64,000 nt of DNA, taken from Candidatus Latescibacterota bacterium. GTDB taxonomy: Bacteria > Latescibacterota > UBA2968 > GCA-2709665. Under the pieces are notes generated by a model. The model did not search any database and had not been told where the DNA came from. It was given only the letters and a program-made list of their open reading frames with translations. Both the position numbers and the translations under genes were made by a program. This document shows, piece after piece, positions 17,468 to 27,910 of the stretch (position 1 is its first letter; each line of letters starts with the position of its first letter). The stretch is from assembly GCA_965208835.1 (NCBI GenBank), contig OZ242358.1, forward strand, positions 704,001 to 768,000, given 5' to 3'.

Positions 17468-20400
17468 ATGATCTTCCGCAAACCTGTTCACCAGACGGAT
17501 CTCGCTGCCGGCGTCTGTATTTCGGCGCCCGATTCCGAGCCGTATCAGGCAGCGGCGAAGCGTCTTCAATCCGCCCTGAAGGATGTGCTTTCGGACGGCG
17601 CGGAGATCCTGCCCGACGTGCGTCTCGACGCGGGCGGACGCCACGTGATCGCGCTGGGTAACATGATGGACAGCGCGTTTGTGAGGACGATGTACTTCCG
17701 CGCATACGATCTGACGGACCGGATCTGGCCCGGCCCCGACGGCTGGGTAATCCGCACGGCACCGGATTCTCTGGAAGACGCGGGGCACGTGATCGTTGTG
17801 GGCGTAAGCCAGGCGGATGACGTCGCAGATGCGGCAGGAGCGCTTTCCCGTACGATCCGGGCGTCGGGTGCGGAACTTCCATTTCAGTACCACGTGAATC
17901 TGGGGAGATGGGCCGACCTGTACCTGAAGCCTGCACAGGAGCGGCTGAACCAGGGCGACGAGGCTTTGGAGCGGGAGTTTACGAGCGGACCGGGGGACTG
18001 GACCTACATGTGGGCCATTTCCGAAATCGGGATGCTGGCGGTGCAGACCGGCCTGGAGGAACTCATCCCGATGTTCTGCCGGCAGGTCCGCAACTTCGCG
18101 CGCACGCGGTGGTTCGAACGCCACCTGCCCGATCCGCCGCAGATTCACGGGTTCCTGAGGACCATGCTGCTGCCGTTCACCGTTCTCGAGAATCATCCGG
18201 GCCTTCCCGGAGACCAGCGGGAGGAGACGCTTGAAGCATTCCTGGGGCTGTACCGGTCCACGGAAGGCGCCGGTAATGCCGGATTCCTCAACCACGTGGG
18301 TGTGGACCGGGTGCGGCAGAACCATCAGACCATGTCCGGTCTCGATCTGTTTTATGGTGGCCGGTATTTCCACCAGGTGCACGGGTTGGCTGAAGGGCGG
18401 GCATGGATGAAACTGGCGGAGGTGTTCTTCGCGCCGCAGATGACGTCGAACAAGCCCGTGTGCGATTCGTGGGGGCATCAGTGGTCGTTTTCGCTCTTCA
18501 ATACCGCCGACTATGCATTGGCTTCCGGTAAGACGGATTACTTTACCAGCAAACCCTATCTGGAGGGCGTGGACCGGGCGCTGGTCGCACACAGCAATCT
18601 CGAAGGCGGGCCGCAACAGTACATGTTGATGGCCGCGGCGGTGACGGGAAACGACGAATACCTGCAGCTTTGCGGAACGTCGGACGAGGGCGGCCTGGCC
18701 GGGAAGGCTGTTCGTACGAACGTGGAGCCGTTCCGGACCTGGGTGACAGGACGAGGCGCCGCCACGCCGGAGCGGATGGGCCGTGTGGGCGTGGCTCCGC
18801 TTTCAAGGTTGTTCTACGATTCTCTGGAGGACATCGGTGGATTCGCGCCGGCGGGTGTTTACCTGCGTGACGTGCCTTTCGAACAGACGTTCGACAAGGT
18901 CTACTTCCGTTCCGGATGGACGGATGACGACGACTATCTGCTTCTTTGCGGTATCTCGGGAGGCTCCCATTCGTATCAGGACGGAAACTGTATCGTCCGG
19001 TACACCGGACGCGGAAAGAACTGGTTCGGGGGTCGCGTGGGTCCGGCATCGATCCGGGACCACAACGGGGTGAGCGTCGCGGTTGACGGCGCGGGGCCCG
19101 GCTGTGAGTCCCGGTATGCGGCCCTGCGATACGTCTCGGAGGGAGACCGACTCTCCGCCGCGGGGACGTCGATGGGGTATCCCGGCCAGGCGGACTGGAA
19201 TCGCCATATCGTGAACAGCCGGGACGGTTGGTTTCTGGTCATCGACGAAGTCCGGGCGAAGGCCGAAGGCGAGTACCTGATCGAGTGTCGCTGGCACGTG
19301 TATGGGGACGTGGAATCCTCCAACGGGGTGCTTCGAGCAATCCAGGAAGATGCCCGGCTGGAGATGCGGCATTCGGGTAGCGGCGCCCGGGAACTTGCAC
19401 CGGTGACATCGGCTCTGGCAGAAGGTGGAACGCGGTGGGTGCAGCGCTCGCTGAAGTCCCTCAAGCCCGATGAAGGGGTGAGATTCGCCACGCTGTTCTG
19501 GAGCGACGAAGGGACGCGGCAAAGGACGTTTGCGATGTCTGCCGAAGCGTCCGGCTATCGGGTTGAAGGCGAGGGGACGGTCGCCACGGTCTCCCTTTCA
19601 GCCGGGTGCGACGAAGTCAGGATCGGCGAAGACGCGGCGGTCCTTCCCACGTGGGGCGCCGCCCTGGACGGCTCCGATGCGGGACCGTTCGTCGCCGAGA
19701 AAGGTGGAGCGAAGCCGGCCTGGCGAGGATCGTGCGGCGCACCGGTTACGGCGATGGACGCGTGGGACGGGGGCTGCTTCGCGGGCGACGATGACGGCGG
19801 CGTTACGGCGTTCGACCGAAACGGTGAAAGGCGATGGACCCATCGTCTGTCAGGACGCGTACGAACGGTTCTCGCCCTTGCCGACGGCGGGGTGGTCGCC
19901 GGCGGGGATGGCGAAGCCGTGCGCCGGCTGGACGCATCGGGACAGGAGGTGCGGACGCATCAACTCGAGTGGCAGCCGATGAACTGGGACTACTGGACGT
20001 GGCTGAACTGCAAAGTCCTGAGCCTGGCGTCCGGAGATATCGACGGCGACGGCAGAGACGAGATCCTGGCCGGCTGCGCCGACCGTCACGTTTACGCGTT
20101 CGATGAGGGCGGCGCGCTGTTGTGGCGTTCCGCCTGCCAGTGGGGTCCGCCTACCTGCCTCGCGGTGGCGCGGCTGCGTGACGGGGACGGCCTTCACGTG
20201 CTCGTGGGGATGGCGGACCCGTCGATTCACGGGTGCGTCCGTGTGTTCGATGCCAGGGGCGCGTGCGTGAAGACGCTCTCGCGGCCCGATATCATGAGCT
20301 GGTCAATCCCCTCGTGGTCGAAGTGTCTTAGCGCGGCGGACCTGAACGGAGATGGCGTCGACGAAGTGCTCAGCGGCGTCGATACGAATCACAGACAGTT

Positions 20401-20760
20401 GATCGTCTATGGCGGGGACGGCACGTGTTGTGGGATGCGGACGCGGGCGGCGCCGTGCTGTCAGTGGCCTATGCTGAAGGGCGCATATTCGCGGGCGCCT
20501 CGAACGGTTACGTACAGTGTTTCGAAACAGGTGGCGATAGGCTGTGGCATGGTTTTCTGGCAGCGCCGGTGTTCGGCCTGTCGCCGGGAGAGGGAGGCGG
20601 TTGCCTGGTGGCGCTTGGAGATGGAAGGACGGTGGGCCTGGACGGCAGCGGCGAGATTGGCTGGTCGAGTGGTGGGAATGCGATAACCGCGGCGGCTGCG
20701 CGTCCGGAGGGCGGGATACTTGTAGGCAGGTTGGACGGAACGGTGGAGTGTTTCGCGTAG
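17468..20760 (+). pseudogene. Lyase-like/beta-propeller protein, paralog 3, frameshifted near 20423 (pseudogene or sequencing error)
   Basis: Matches paralogs 1 and 2 up to HRQLIVYGGDG. The homologous C-terminus (VLWDADAGGAV...GTVECFA*) continues in another frame at 20425..20760, so one base is missing (ggc ac- gtg). Confidence 0.8.
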
Positions 20761-20791
20761 GGTGAGATCGAACAAGGGGGAGGTAACGGCA

Positions 20792-23700
20792 ATGCAAATC
20801 GAACGTCCGCGTCCGCTGGAACCGGAAACGCCTCTTCGCGGGCCGAATGGCGTCCTGGTGGCGGCGCCCCGGTCCGGACATGGCCGGACGGCGGCCCGGC
20901 GCATCCACCGGGCGTTGCGGGATATTAACGCTCACGCCGAGCTTCTGGAGGACCCGCCCGGCGACGCGCTGACGGCGGCTGACCGCCCGGTGATCGTGGT
21001 CGGCAACCTGGCGGACAGCCGGTGCGTGCGCGAACTCTACTTCCGGTTCCTTTGCGCGACGGACCTGTGGTATCCGGGCCCGGGGGGATTCGAACTTCGG
21101 ACGCTCTGCGACCCTTTCGGAACCGGCTGCAACCTCATCCACGCGGGGTACAGCGACGCCGCGGGCGCCGCGTCGGTCACGGACGCGTTTAGTTCGCGCC
21201 TGGACGATCCGATTCCCCATTCTGCGGTGCTGGACGTCACGCGGCTGCCGCTGTCGTCACGCGAAGCGGCGCAAGTCCGGGCGGAGCCGCTTCTTCCTGC
21301 CGCGTGGCAAATCGCGAATACGATGCAGGGAGACCTGAAGGGATATCTCTACTATCTGACGGGAGACCCCGAACTCGGAGAGGAATACCGCCGGGCGTGG
21401 GAAGCGGTTGTCGAAAGCGGATACGTGAAGTCGGAGAAAATCGTCCAGGCACACCTCTACAGCCTCAGCCGCCTGCAGCCCTGGCGGCTGGTTGAGCACA
21501 TGGACCTCTTCAGCGAGGAGGAACGGCTTGCCATCACCCGGTTCATCTACGGCTGGGCCGAAAGCGCCGAAGGATGGCATCATGTAGGGCGCTGTCCCCG
21601 GGTGGTGAGCATGCACGTCCCCAGGCAGAACCACGAACTCATCCCGGCCCTGGCGTTGGCCTGTGCGGCCGCCTATTTCCGGACGCATTTCCCCGAACTG
21701 ACCGGTCCGGAGCAGTGGGAGGAGGTCGCCCGGCGGGCATACGCGCCGTACGGGCCGTCCTGGAAGCCGTTGTGCGACGGTCTCTGCCACGGCTGGTGGA
21801 TGTCGCAACCGGTGATGGTGGAATACGGGCTCAACGACCCCTCGCACGGGTACTTCGAGCAGGGAGGCGCCAGACAGGCCGCGGATGCGGCGTTGGCCGT
21901 GGTGAACAACGAGGGATGGCTTCCTTCGGCCGGAGACAGCGATCTGAACCGCCAGTTTCCCGGGCCCAGCCTGCGGACGGCAGCAGCCTATTTCGACGAC
22001 GGGCGGTACCGGTTCGTCCACGACCTCGCGCCGCCCGAACGCCGCCTGGTGAACCTGACGTCGCTGCCGCGAGCGTTCGACGCGGGTACGGCTCCGAAAG
22101 TGCCGGACGATCGGGTGGGGGTGACTGTCGTTCCGGTGGACCCGCTCCTTTATCACGCGTGGGAACGGGACCCCCAGGGCGCGCCGGGCGTTGTGACCAC
22201 GCCCCCGTCGGTCCCGATCGAACGGTGTTTCGACAAGCTCTCGGTGCGTACGGGATGGGAGCTCGATGACGACTTTCTCCTGATCGACGGTCTGGGCGGA
22301 GGAAGCCATTCGTACGACGACGCGGGCGGCATTCTGGACTACGCGCGTCTGGGTCTCTCGCTGATCGTTCAGGAGGACAGCTTCGTCCACTCCGCGCCCG
22401 AGCACATGTCGGCCGTCACGGTCGTCCGGGACGGGGAGTCCGGCGAGATACCGGGATTCGCGATATTGGAGGCGAACGAGACGGATCCAGACGGAAAAGT
22501 GTACCTGCGGATCCGGTTGAAGGACTACGCGGGCGCGGACTGGGTGCGCGAGGTCCACCTGCTTCCGGCGAGCTGCGTGGTATTCAACGATACCGTCATC
22601 GCGAACCAGGCGGGGGACTATGCCGTCGAGGCCCGTTTCCGATCCCCCGCCCGGCTGGACCTGGACGGCTGCGAGGCGCGTTGCGAGAGGCGCAGCCCGT
22701 CCGCCGGCGACGTGACGTTTCGGATCGAGAACCCTTGTGCGGCCGTTTCGGCGGCGGTCGTTGAAGAGCCCGTCCATCTGCGTTACAAGGATCCCCGGGA
22801 TCAGGAACTGTGGAAGGAGCGCTACCATACGGACGACGTCGTATTATCGACGTTTGTGGCGCGCCGCGCCGTACGACTGGAACCCGGCGAGGGCGTTCGC
22901 CTGACACACGTCGCGCAGGTGTGCGGGCCGGGAGAATCCGCGGTAAACCTTCGCGAGTGGGGCGACGACATCAGCTTTATACAGGGCGAAACATCGCGGC
23001 GTCTCGACGTGCTCCCTGTGCGACCGCCCGCACCGAGGCAATTCTCCGTTGAAGGCCGTCCCGGGGGGGCGGATGCCAACCGCGCGTTTGACGCCGGCGA
23101 ACGAATCCGCGCGATGCGCCCGCTTGGCGATGAATCTCTGGTTGTGGGCTCCGAGAGCGGCGCGGTATCATTCCTCGATCCGGATCGGCGGCCGGTCTGG
23201 TCCGTGGATCTGGACGGTCCCGTGTACGATATCGGCGCGGCGGAGGGCGAGGCGACGGTCCTGGCGGTTGGTCACGGCGCGAGCGGGCTGACCGGCCTGG
23301 ACATCCGGGGACGTTGGATCTGGCAGACGGACATCGAGCGGGAACCCTGTCCGTGGCCCTGGTGGGAACTGCCAACACCGGCCCCCGTACAGGTGGAAGG
23401 CGGGATGTTCAAGGGGGAAGCCTTCTTTGCCGTTGGCTGCGGCGACATCCAGATCCGGGGTTTCGACGGTGCGGGGCAGGAAAGTTGGCGCCAGCGTTAT
23501 AACGAGGGGGTGCCCGGCCGTATACGGATGGCCGACGTGAACGGGTGTGGCGAACCGGAAATCGTGGTCGGGGGCGAGGTGCTCAGCGATACGTCGAAAT
23601 GCCGCATTCTGGACCCGCGCGGGGATTTTCAGGCTCACCTGGACGTGGAGGGCTGGACCAGCATCCTGACGGCGCTTGCATTTGACGAAACCGGCGGCCG

Positions 23701-24115
23701 GCATTTCCTGGGCTGCGGCGCGAACCGCGGCCGTAACATGCACGTGTTCGAACTGGATGCGGGCGGGGAATGGGAAAGGCGCTGGGTGAAGCGGCTGGGC
23801 GGGCGGGTCACCGGCATCCGGTTCCTCGGGTCCGACCAAAACGTGATCACGGGTACGAGCCAGGGATTCCTGCTCTGTTACGACCTGGACGGGAACCGAA
23901 TCTGGCGCCGGCTTTTCGAAAAGGGCATCCGCCACCTGGCGCCGTTTGGAGACGAAACGCTTGTGATCGACGATCAGGGACAGCTCAGCGCGGTCACCGC
24001 ACCCGGAGACGTCCGGACGCTGAGCCGGTTGCCGGGACCATGCGCGATCGCGGAACCCTCCGGTACTGCAACCCTGATGGCATGCGGCAGCGAAGTGTGG
24101 CGAGTTGAACCGTAG
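20792..24115 (+). CDS. Lyase-like/beta-propeller protein, paralog 4 (divergent)
   Basis: VIVVGNLADS..ELYFR..TDLWYPGPGG N-domain, PRQNHE, CFDKLSVRTGW..FLLIDGLGGGSHSYDDAG, then a propeller with DVNGCGEPEIVVG. ATG 20792 follows a GGGGAGG RBS. Confidence 0.8.
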   Translation: MQIERPRPLEPETPLRGPNGVLVAAPRSGHGRTAARRIHRALRDINAHAELLEDPPGDALTAADRPVIVVGNLADSRCVRELYFRFLCATDLWYPGPGGFELRTLCDPFGTGCNLIHAGYSDAAGAASVTDAFSSRLDDPIPHSAVLDVTRLPLSSREAAQVRAEPLLPAAWQIANTMQGDLKGYLYYLTGDPELGEEYRRAWEAVVESGYVKSEKIVQAHLYSLSRLQPWRLVEHMDLFSEEERLAITRFIYGWAESAEGWHHVGRCPRVVSMHVPRQNHELIPALALACAAAYFRTHFPELTGPEQWEEVARRAYAPYGPSWKPLCDGLCHGWWMSQPVMVEYGLNDPSHGYFEQGGARQAADAALAVVNNEGWLPSAGDSDLNRQFPGPSLRTAAAYFDDGRYRFVHDLAPPERRLVNLTSLPRAFDAGTAPKVPDDRVGVTVVPVDPLLYHAWERDPQGAPGVVTTPPSVPIERCFDKLSVRTGWELDDDFLLIDGLGGGSHSYDDAGGILDYARLGLSLIVQEDSFVHSAPEHMSAVTVVRDGESGEIPGFAILEANETDPDGKVYLRIRLKDYAGADWVREVHLLPASCVVFNDTVIANQAGDYAVEARFRSPARLDLDGCEARCERRSPSAGDVTFRIENPCAAVSAAVVEEPVHLRYKDPRDQELWKERYHTDDVVLSTFVARRAVRLEPGEGVRLTHVAQVCGPGESAVNLREWGDDISFIQGETSRRLDVLPVRPPAPRQFSVEGRPGGADANRAFDAGERIRAMRPLGDESLVVGSESGAVSFLDPDRRPVWSVDLDGPVYDIGAAEGEATVLAVGHGASGLTGLDIRGRWIWQTDIEREPCPWPWWELPTPAPVQVEGGMFKGEAFFAVGCGDIQIRGFDGAGQESWRQRYNEGVPGRIRMADVNGCGEPEIVVGGEVLSDTSKCRILDPRGDFQAHLDVEGWTSILTALAFDETGGRHFLGCGANRGRNMHVFELDAGGEWERRWVKRLGGRVTGIRFLGSDQNVITGTSQGFLLCYDLDGNRIWRRLFEKGIRHLAPFGDETLVIDDQGQLSAVTAPGDVRTLSRLPGPCAIAEPSGTATLMACGSEVWRVEP

Positions 24116-24456
24116 GATCGGGCAAAACCATGTAGTCGCTCCCGGGAAAGCCAACCACACCGGTCCCAGGTCGGTTTCTGTCATGGACAGGTGTGATCTC
24201 AAAACGAACACCAAAACAGTTGTCATGCCCCGTATGGGGCACCCAAAGTGATGAAAATCGTTGCATTGTCAGGCTGACGTGCAACATTTCGGTTTTTGGC
24301 CTCTTGTGGCAATTGATCTCAGCCACGGATTTCGTATTTGGTTTTCAGTTTTCAGTCGCTTCGTCTTTTCGTTTTCTGGTTTATTCGCGTTCATTCGCGT
24401 TATTCGTAGTTTGGTATTTGGTCGTTTCGTCTTGCGTCTTTTCGCCGTTTCGTTTT

Positions 24457-24548
24457 TCGTAATCTCGTAATCTCGTAATCTCGTAATCTCGTAATCTCGT
24501 AATCTCGTAATCTCGTAATCTCGTAGTCTCGTAGTCTCGTAGTCTCGT
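24457..24548. repeat. Octamer tandem repeat (TCGTAATC)8(TCGTAGTC)3TCGT
   Basis: Read directly: 11.5 contiguous 8-bp units with no spacers, ending about 60 bp upstream of the next start codon. Confidence 0.95.
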
Positions 24549-24607
24549 TTCTTCGCAGTTTATCGTGTTATTTTCCAAGCAGCATCCGCAAAGACACGGA
24601 GGAGCCC

Positions 24608-25492
24608 ATGGACGACTATGAGCGATATCATTTCGACGTGAACGGATTCATTGTTGTCGAGAATATCCTGACAGCCGACGAAGTGGCGGCTCTGAACGAG
24701 GCGATCGACAACAACCCGGACCAGGTCCACATCCGGAAGGACGAGCTGCGGTTGTCCGGCGCCGCCAAACAGCATGGGGGAAAGGCCGCGCCCCTGTTGA
24801 AGGGTTCCCACGGTCGGGGAGATATCTTGAATATCCTGAACTGGCCCAAACCCTGGTGCCAGCCCTTCCGTGACCTGTTGACCCAGCCGCGGACAATGCG
24901 CTACATGCTGGAACTGATCGGCGACGGATTCCGCTACGGAAACGCAAACGGAATCAGCATGACGGCGGGCGCGGAGGGGTTCCTGTTTCACGGTGGAGGT
25001 ACGCCGAGGGGTCCGTATTATTCCGAGTTCCAGGACGGACGGATGTGGAACGGGCTGATGACGGTCTGCTATCAGCTTGCGGATGTCAACCCGGGGGACG
25101 GCGGATTCGCCTGCATTCCGGGCAGCCACCGGGCGAACTATCCCTGCCCGAAAGGTGTTCGGCGGCTGGATGTCCACCCGGAGTGGTTCAGGCATCTCCC
25201 GATGAAGGCAGGCTCGGCGTTGATCTTCACCGAGGCGCTCACCCACGGTACGCTTCCCTGGACGGCGTCGCACGAACGGAGAACCCTGCTCTACAGGTAC
25301 GGCGCGGGAGATATGGTGTTCGGGTCAGGGCCGGCTATCCACCCGGACGGATACGAGTCGTTCAAGGATGAATTGACGCCGTTGCAGCGCGCGTTGATGG
25401 AACCCCCCTATGCCAGCAGGCGGCCCAGCCTCGTGCCGCTGATCGACGAAGAGGAAGCATGCCAGGCGCGTGCGTCCGGAGGTCACGCCTGA
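24608..25492 (+). CDS. PhyH-family Fe(II)/2OG oxygenase with an HxG motif in place of HxD
   Basis: YHFDVNGFIVVENILT, FLFHGGG, DGGFACIPGSHRAN, KAGSALIFTEALTHGTLPW, RRTLLYRY. RBS GGAGGAG. Confidence 0.85.
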   Translation: MDDYERYHFDVNGFIVVENILTADEVAALNEAIDNNPDQVHIRKDELRLSGAAKQHGGKAAPLLKGSHGRGDILNILNWPKPWCQPFRDLLTQPRTMRYMLELIGDGFRYGNANGISMTAGAEGFLFHGGGTPRGPYYSEFQDGRMWNGLMTVCYQLADVNPGDGGFACIPGSHRANYPCPKGVRRLDVHPEWFRHLPMKAGSALIFTEALTHGTLPWTASHERRTLLYRYGAGDMVFGSGPAIHPDGYESFKDELTPLQRALMEPPYASRRPSLVPLIDEEEACQARASGGHA

Positions 25493-25523
25493 GTCGCGCC
25501 GCGGAAATCGTCTGGAGAAGGAA

Positions 25524-27878
25524 ATGCTGCTTGCGTCCGAAACAGCCCTCGTGTCCATGGATCTGGTCGTTTTAACAGTGACCCTCGCCGTACCCTGCCT
25601 GGGCGCAGTGTTCTACCTCTTGCCGGATGGCGACGACTCGGGCTCGGGTGGGCGCGGGTCTCCCTGGCAAAGTATCGATCGCGCGAATGCCGGCGCGAGG
25701 CCGGGTGACAGCGTTGTCTTTCTGCCGGGGGTCTACCAGGGCACGATCGCGCCGGAGTCCTCCGGAACACCGGATGCGCCCATCCGATTCCGGTCGGAGG
25801 CGAGGCACGCGGCGGTGCTTGCAGGTGGCGGAGAGAGTCGGTTGGCCGTGGACCTTCAGCGGAAGCGGGACATCAGCATTGAAGACTTTCGATTTGCGCC
25901 GGGCGATGGGCGGTGGATGCGTGCCGATGAATGCCGCCGCCTTTCCGTAACGGGTTGCTATATGGAGAAAGCCGGCGACGCAACCCCGTTCGTGCTGACC
26001 GGGTGCACGCACGTGCGCCTTCTCGACAACGTATTCCGGAAGGACCGCGTCGGCGGCAATATGTGCCAGGTCGTCGAGTGCACGTACGTGCTGATCGAGG
26101 GAAACGCGTTCGCGCGGGTCGGGCACTGCCCGCTGCAGATTTCAATGACGAATAATCTGGTGGTACGGTCGAATTGCTTTCACAACCCGTGGGGGCGCAA
26201 CTATGAATTCTGGGCGTCGGGAAGGGCCCTGGTGGAAGGGAATATCGTTACCGAGGCACTCGACAGCGCGCATTCGGCCGACAGCCGGGCGAAAAACCTG
26301 GTGATCGACGGTATCATCCGCTTCAACCGGGTCTACGGAAACCGGCATACGCCGCTCAACTCATCGAGTTACGTGCCAGTCAACTACCACGTGCGCGATC
26401 CGTTCCGCTTCGTCAATTCCAGGGTGTACCACAATACGATCGCGGACAATCTCGGGTACGGGTGGGAACTTACCGGGATCAACGTAAGCTCGAATGTGTT
26501 TGTAAACAATATCTTCTTCCGGAATGACAAGTACGGGGGCGGCGTCCAGATAGTGAGGGGCGCGGACATAGCAGGCGACAACCTGTTTCTGAACAACGTG
26601 TTCCGCGGCACGGAGGCCGGTCGGCGCGTGGTGCGGTACGGAGACCGGTTCCTGACGGTGGATGAAGCCAACCGGAACTCGGTGGTCCGGGGACACTGGC
26701 GGGAATTTGAGGATAATCTCGACGTGGACCCGGGCTTCACGGATCCGGCAAACCGCGATTTTCGCCTGCGACCGGACAGTCCGTGCATCGATGCGGGACG
26801 GGCGCTGACGCGGACGAGACGTGCCGGGCGGGGTCTAGAGGTCCCCGTCGACGACGGCAGATACTTCTACGACGGGTTCGACATCGAAGGTGAGAAGGGA
26901 GACCGGGTATCCATAGGGTCGGGAGACCGGATTGCCCGAATCGAGAAAGTCCAGCTCAACTATTACCAGCCCGACGTGCTCGTTCTGGACAGGGAGATGG
27001 AGTGGGAGGCCGGTGATCCGGTAAGCCTGCCCTGGTCGGGAGCGGCGCCGGATATCGGCGCCTGCCAGCGTGGACCGGGGAGTCCAGGGAGCATGATCGC
27101 GAAGGTCGAGCCGGTAAGGGCAAGACCCGGGGATGAAGTCAGGTTTCACGTCGAGCCGGCGGGAAAGGACATCGCTTCTGTCCGGTGGGACTTTGGCGAC
27201 GGCGTCACGATGGAGGCGGGCGACGCCGTTCACGTGTATTCGGAGCCCGGTCATTATCCGTCTCGTGTCAGGCTGGAGTACGCGGATGGCGATGCGGAGG
27301 TAGACGTGGCGTTTGTTAAAGTGGAACTGCCGGTTGATCGGGCCGCGCCGATGCTCGCGGTCGATTTCGAAGAAGAGACGACGCTGGATTGGGGCTACCT
27401 GTTCAAGATCTACCGGGGAAACCGGCTGACAGGACACGAATTTGTTACCGGTGGTTTCGGGGGAAGCAGGTGCGTTCGGCTTTTCGCAGAGACCGACGGA
27501 TCCGATCTGGGCTGCAGTCTCGCTCCCGGGGAATGGGATATCGACGCCTATCCGCTCATCCGGTTTGCCTATCGGATACCCGAGGGGGTTCCGGTGGGGC
27601 TGTGGCTCCAACCGTTTCCGGCGGAAGCCTACGGGGAAGGGGTTGTGATTGCGGGAGGTACGTCGTCGCGCGATTGCGGTCCATACCCGGACACGGACAC
27701 ATGCGCGTTACTGGATGACGGCCAATGGCACGTTGCGGAACTGGATGCGCGGACGATTCGCGAACGCATCGAGGAAGTCCGTCATTTGCGGCGCTTCCGG
27801 TTCTATACGCACGGGAACGCAAGAGAAGGACAGCACTTCTGGTTCGACGAGTTCGCGATTCTGCCAGCTGAAGGATGA
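25524..27878 (+). CDS. Right-handed beta-helix (PL9/DUF1565-like) protein with PKD domain and C-terminal CBM-like domain
   Basis: Hydrophobic N-terminus, GDDSGSG..SPWQSI..A..ARPGD.V..PGVY, Asn-rich beta-helix repeats, DFRLRPDSPCIDAG, APDIGA, PKD motif WDFGDG..HVYSEPGHY, DDGQWH..ELD. Confidence 0.78.
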   Translation: MLLASETALVSMDLVVLTVTLAVPCLGAVFYLLPDGDDSGSGGRGSPWQSIDRANAGARPGDSVVFLPGVYQGTIAPESSGTPDAPIRFRSEARHAAVLAGGGESRLAVDLQRKRDISIEDFRFAPGDGRWMRADECRRLSVTGCYMEKAGDATPFVLTGCTHVRLLDNVFRKDRVGGNMCQVVECTYVLIEGNAFARVGHCPLQISMTNNLVVRSNCFHNPWGRNYEFWASGRALVEGNIVTEALDSAHSADSRAKNLVIDGIIRFNRVYGNRHTPLNSSSYVPVNYHVRDPFRFVNSRVYHNTIADNLGYGWELTGINVSSNVFVNNIFFRNDKYGGGVQIVRGADIAGDNLFLNNVFRGTEAGRRVVRYGDRFLTVDEANRNSVVRGHWREFEDNLDVDPGFTDPANRDFRLRPDSPCIDAGRALTRTRRAGRGLEVPVDDGRYFYDGFDIEGEKGDRVSIGSGDRIARIEKVQLNYYQPDVLVLDREMEWEAGDPVSLPWSGAAPDIGACQRGPGSPGSMIAKVEPVRARPGDEVRFHVEPAGKDIASVRWDFGDGVTMEAGDAVHVYSEPGHYPSRVRLEYADGDAEVDVAFVKVELPVDRAAPMLAVDFEEETTLDWGYLFKIYRGNRLTGHEFVTGGFGGSRCVRLFAETDGSDLGCSLAPGEWDIDAYPLIRFAYRIPEGVPVGLWLQPFPAEAYGEGVVIAGGTSSRDCGPYPDTDTCALLDDGQWHVAELDARTIRERIEEVRHLRRFRFYTHGNAREGQHFWFDEFAILPAEG

Positions 27879-27910
27879 GGTCCTGCTGAGAGACACGGAA
27901 AAAGGCGGAT

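Noticed and set aside
20410-20430. Programmed ribosomal frameshift in paralog 3
   Set aside because: No slippery sequence, and the paralogs are continuous at this site.
24457-24548. Possible CRISPR array
   Set aside because: The 8-bp units are contiguous with no spacers, and there are no cas genes.
24381-24578. ORF with RLRDYE[IT]T repeats
   Set aside because: It is simply the translation of the octamer DNA repeat.
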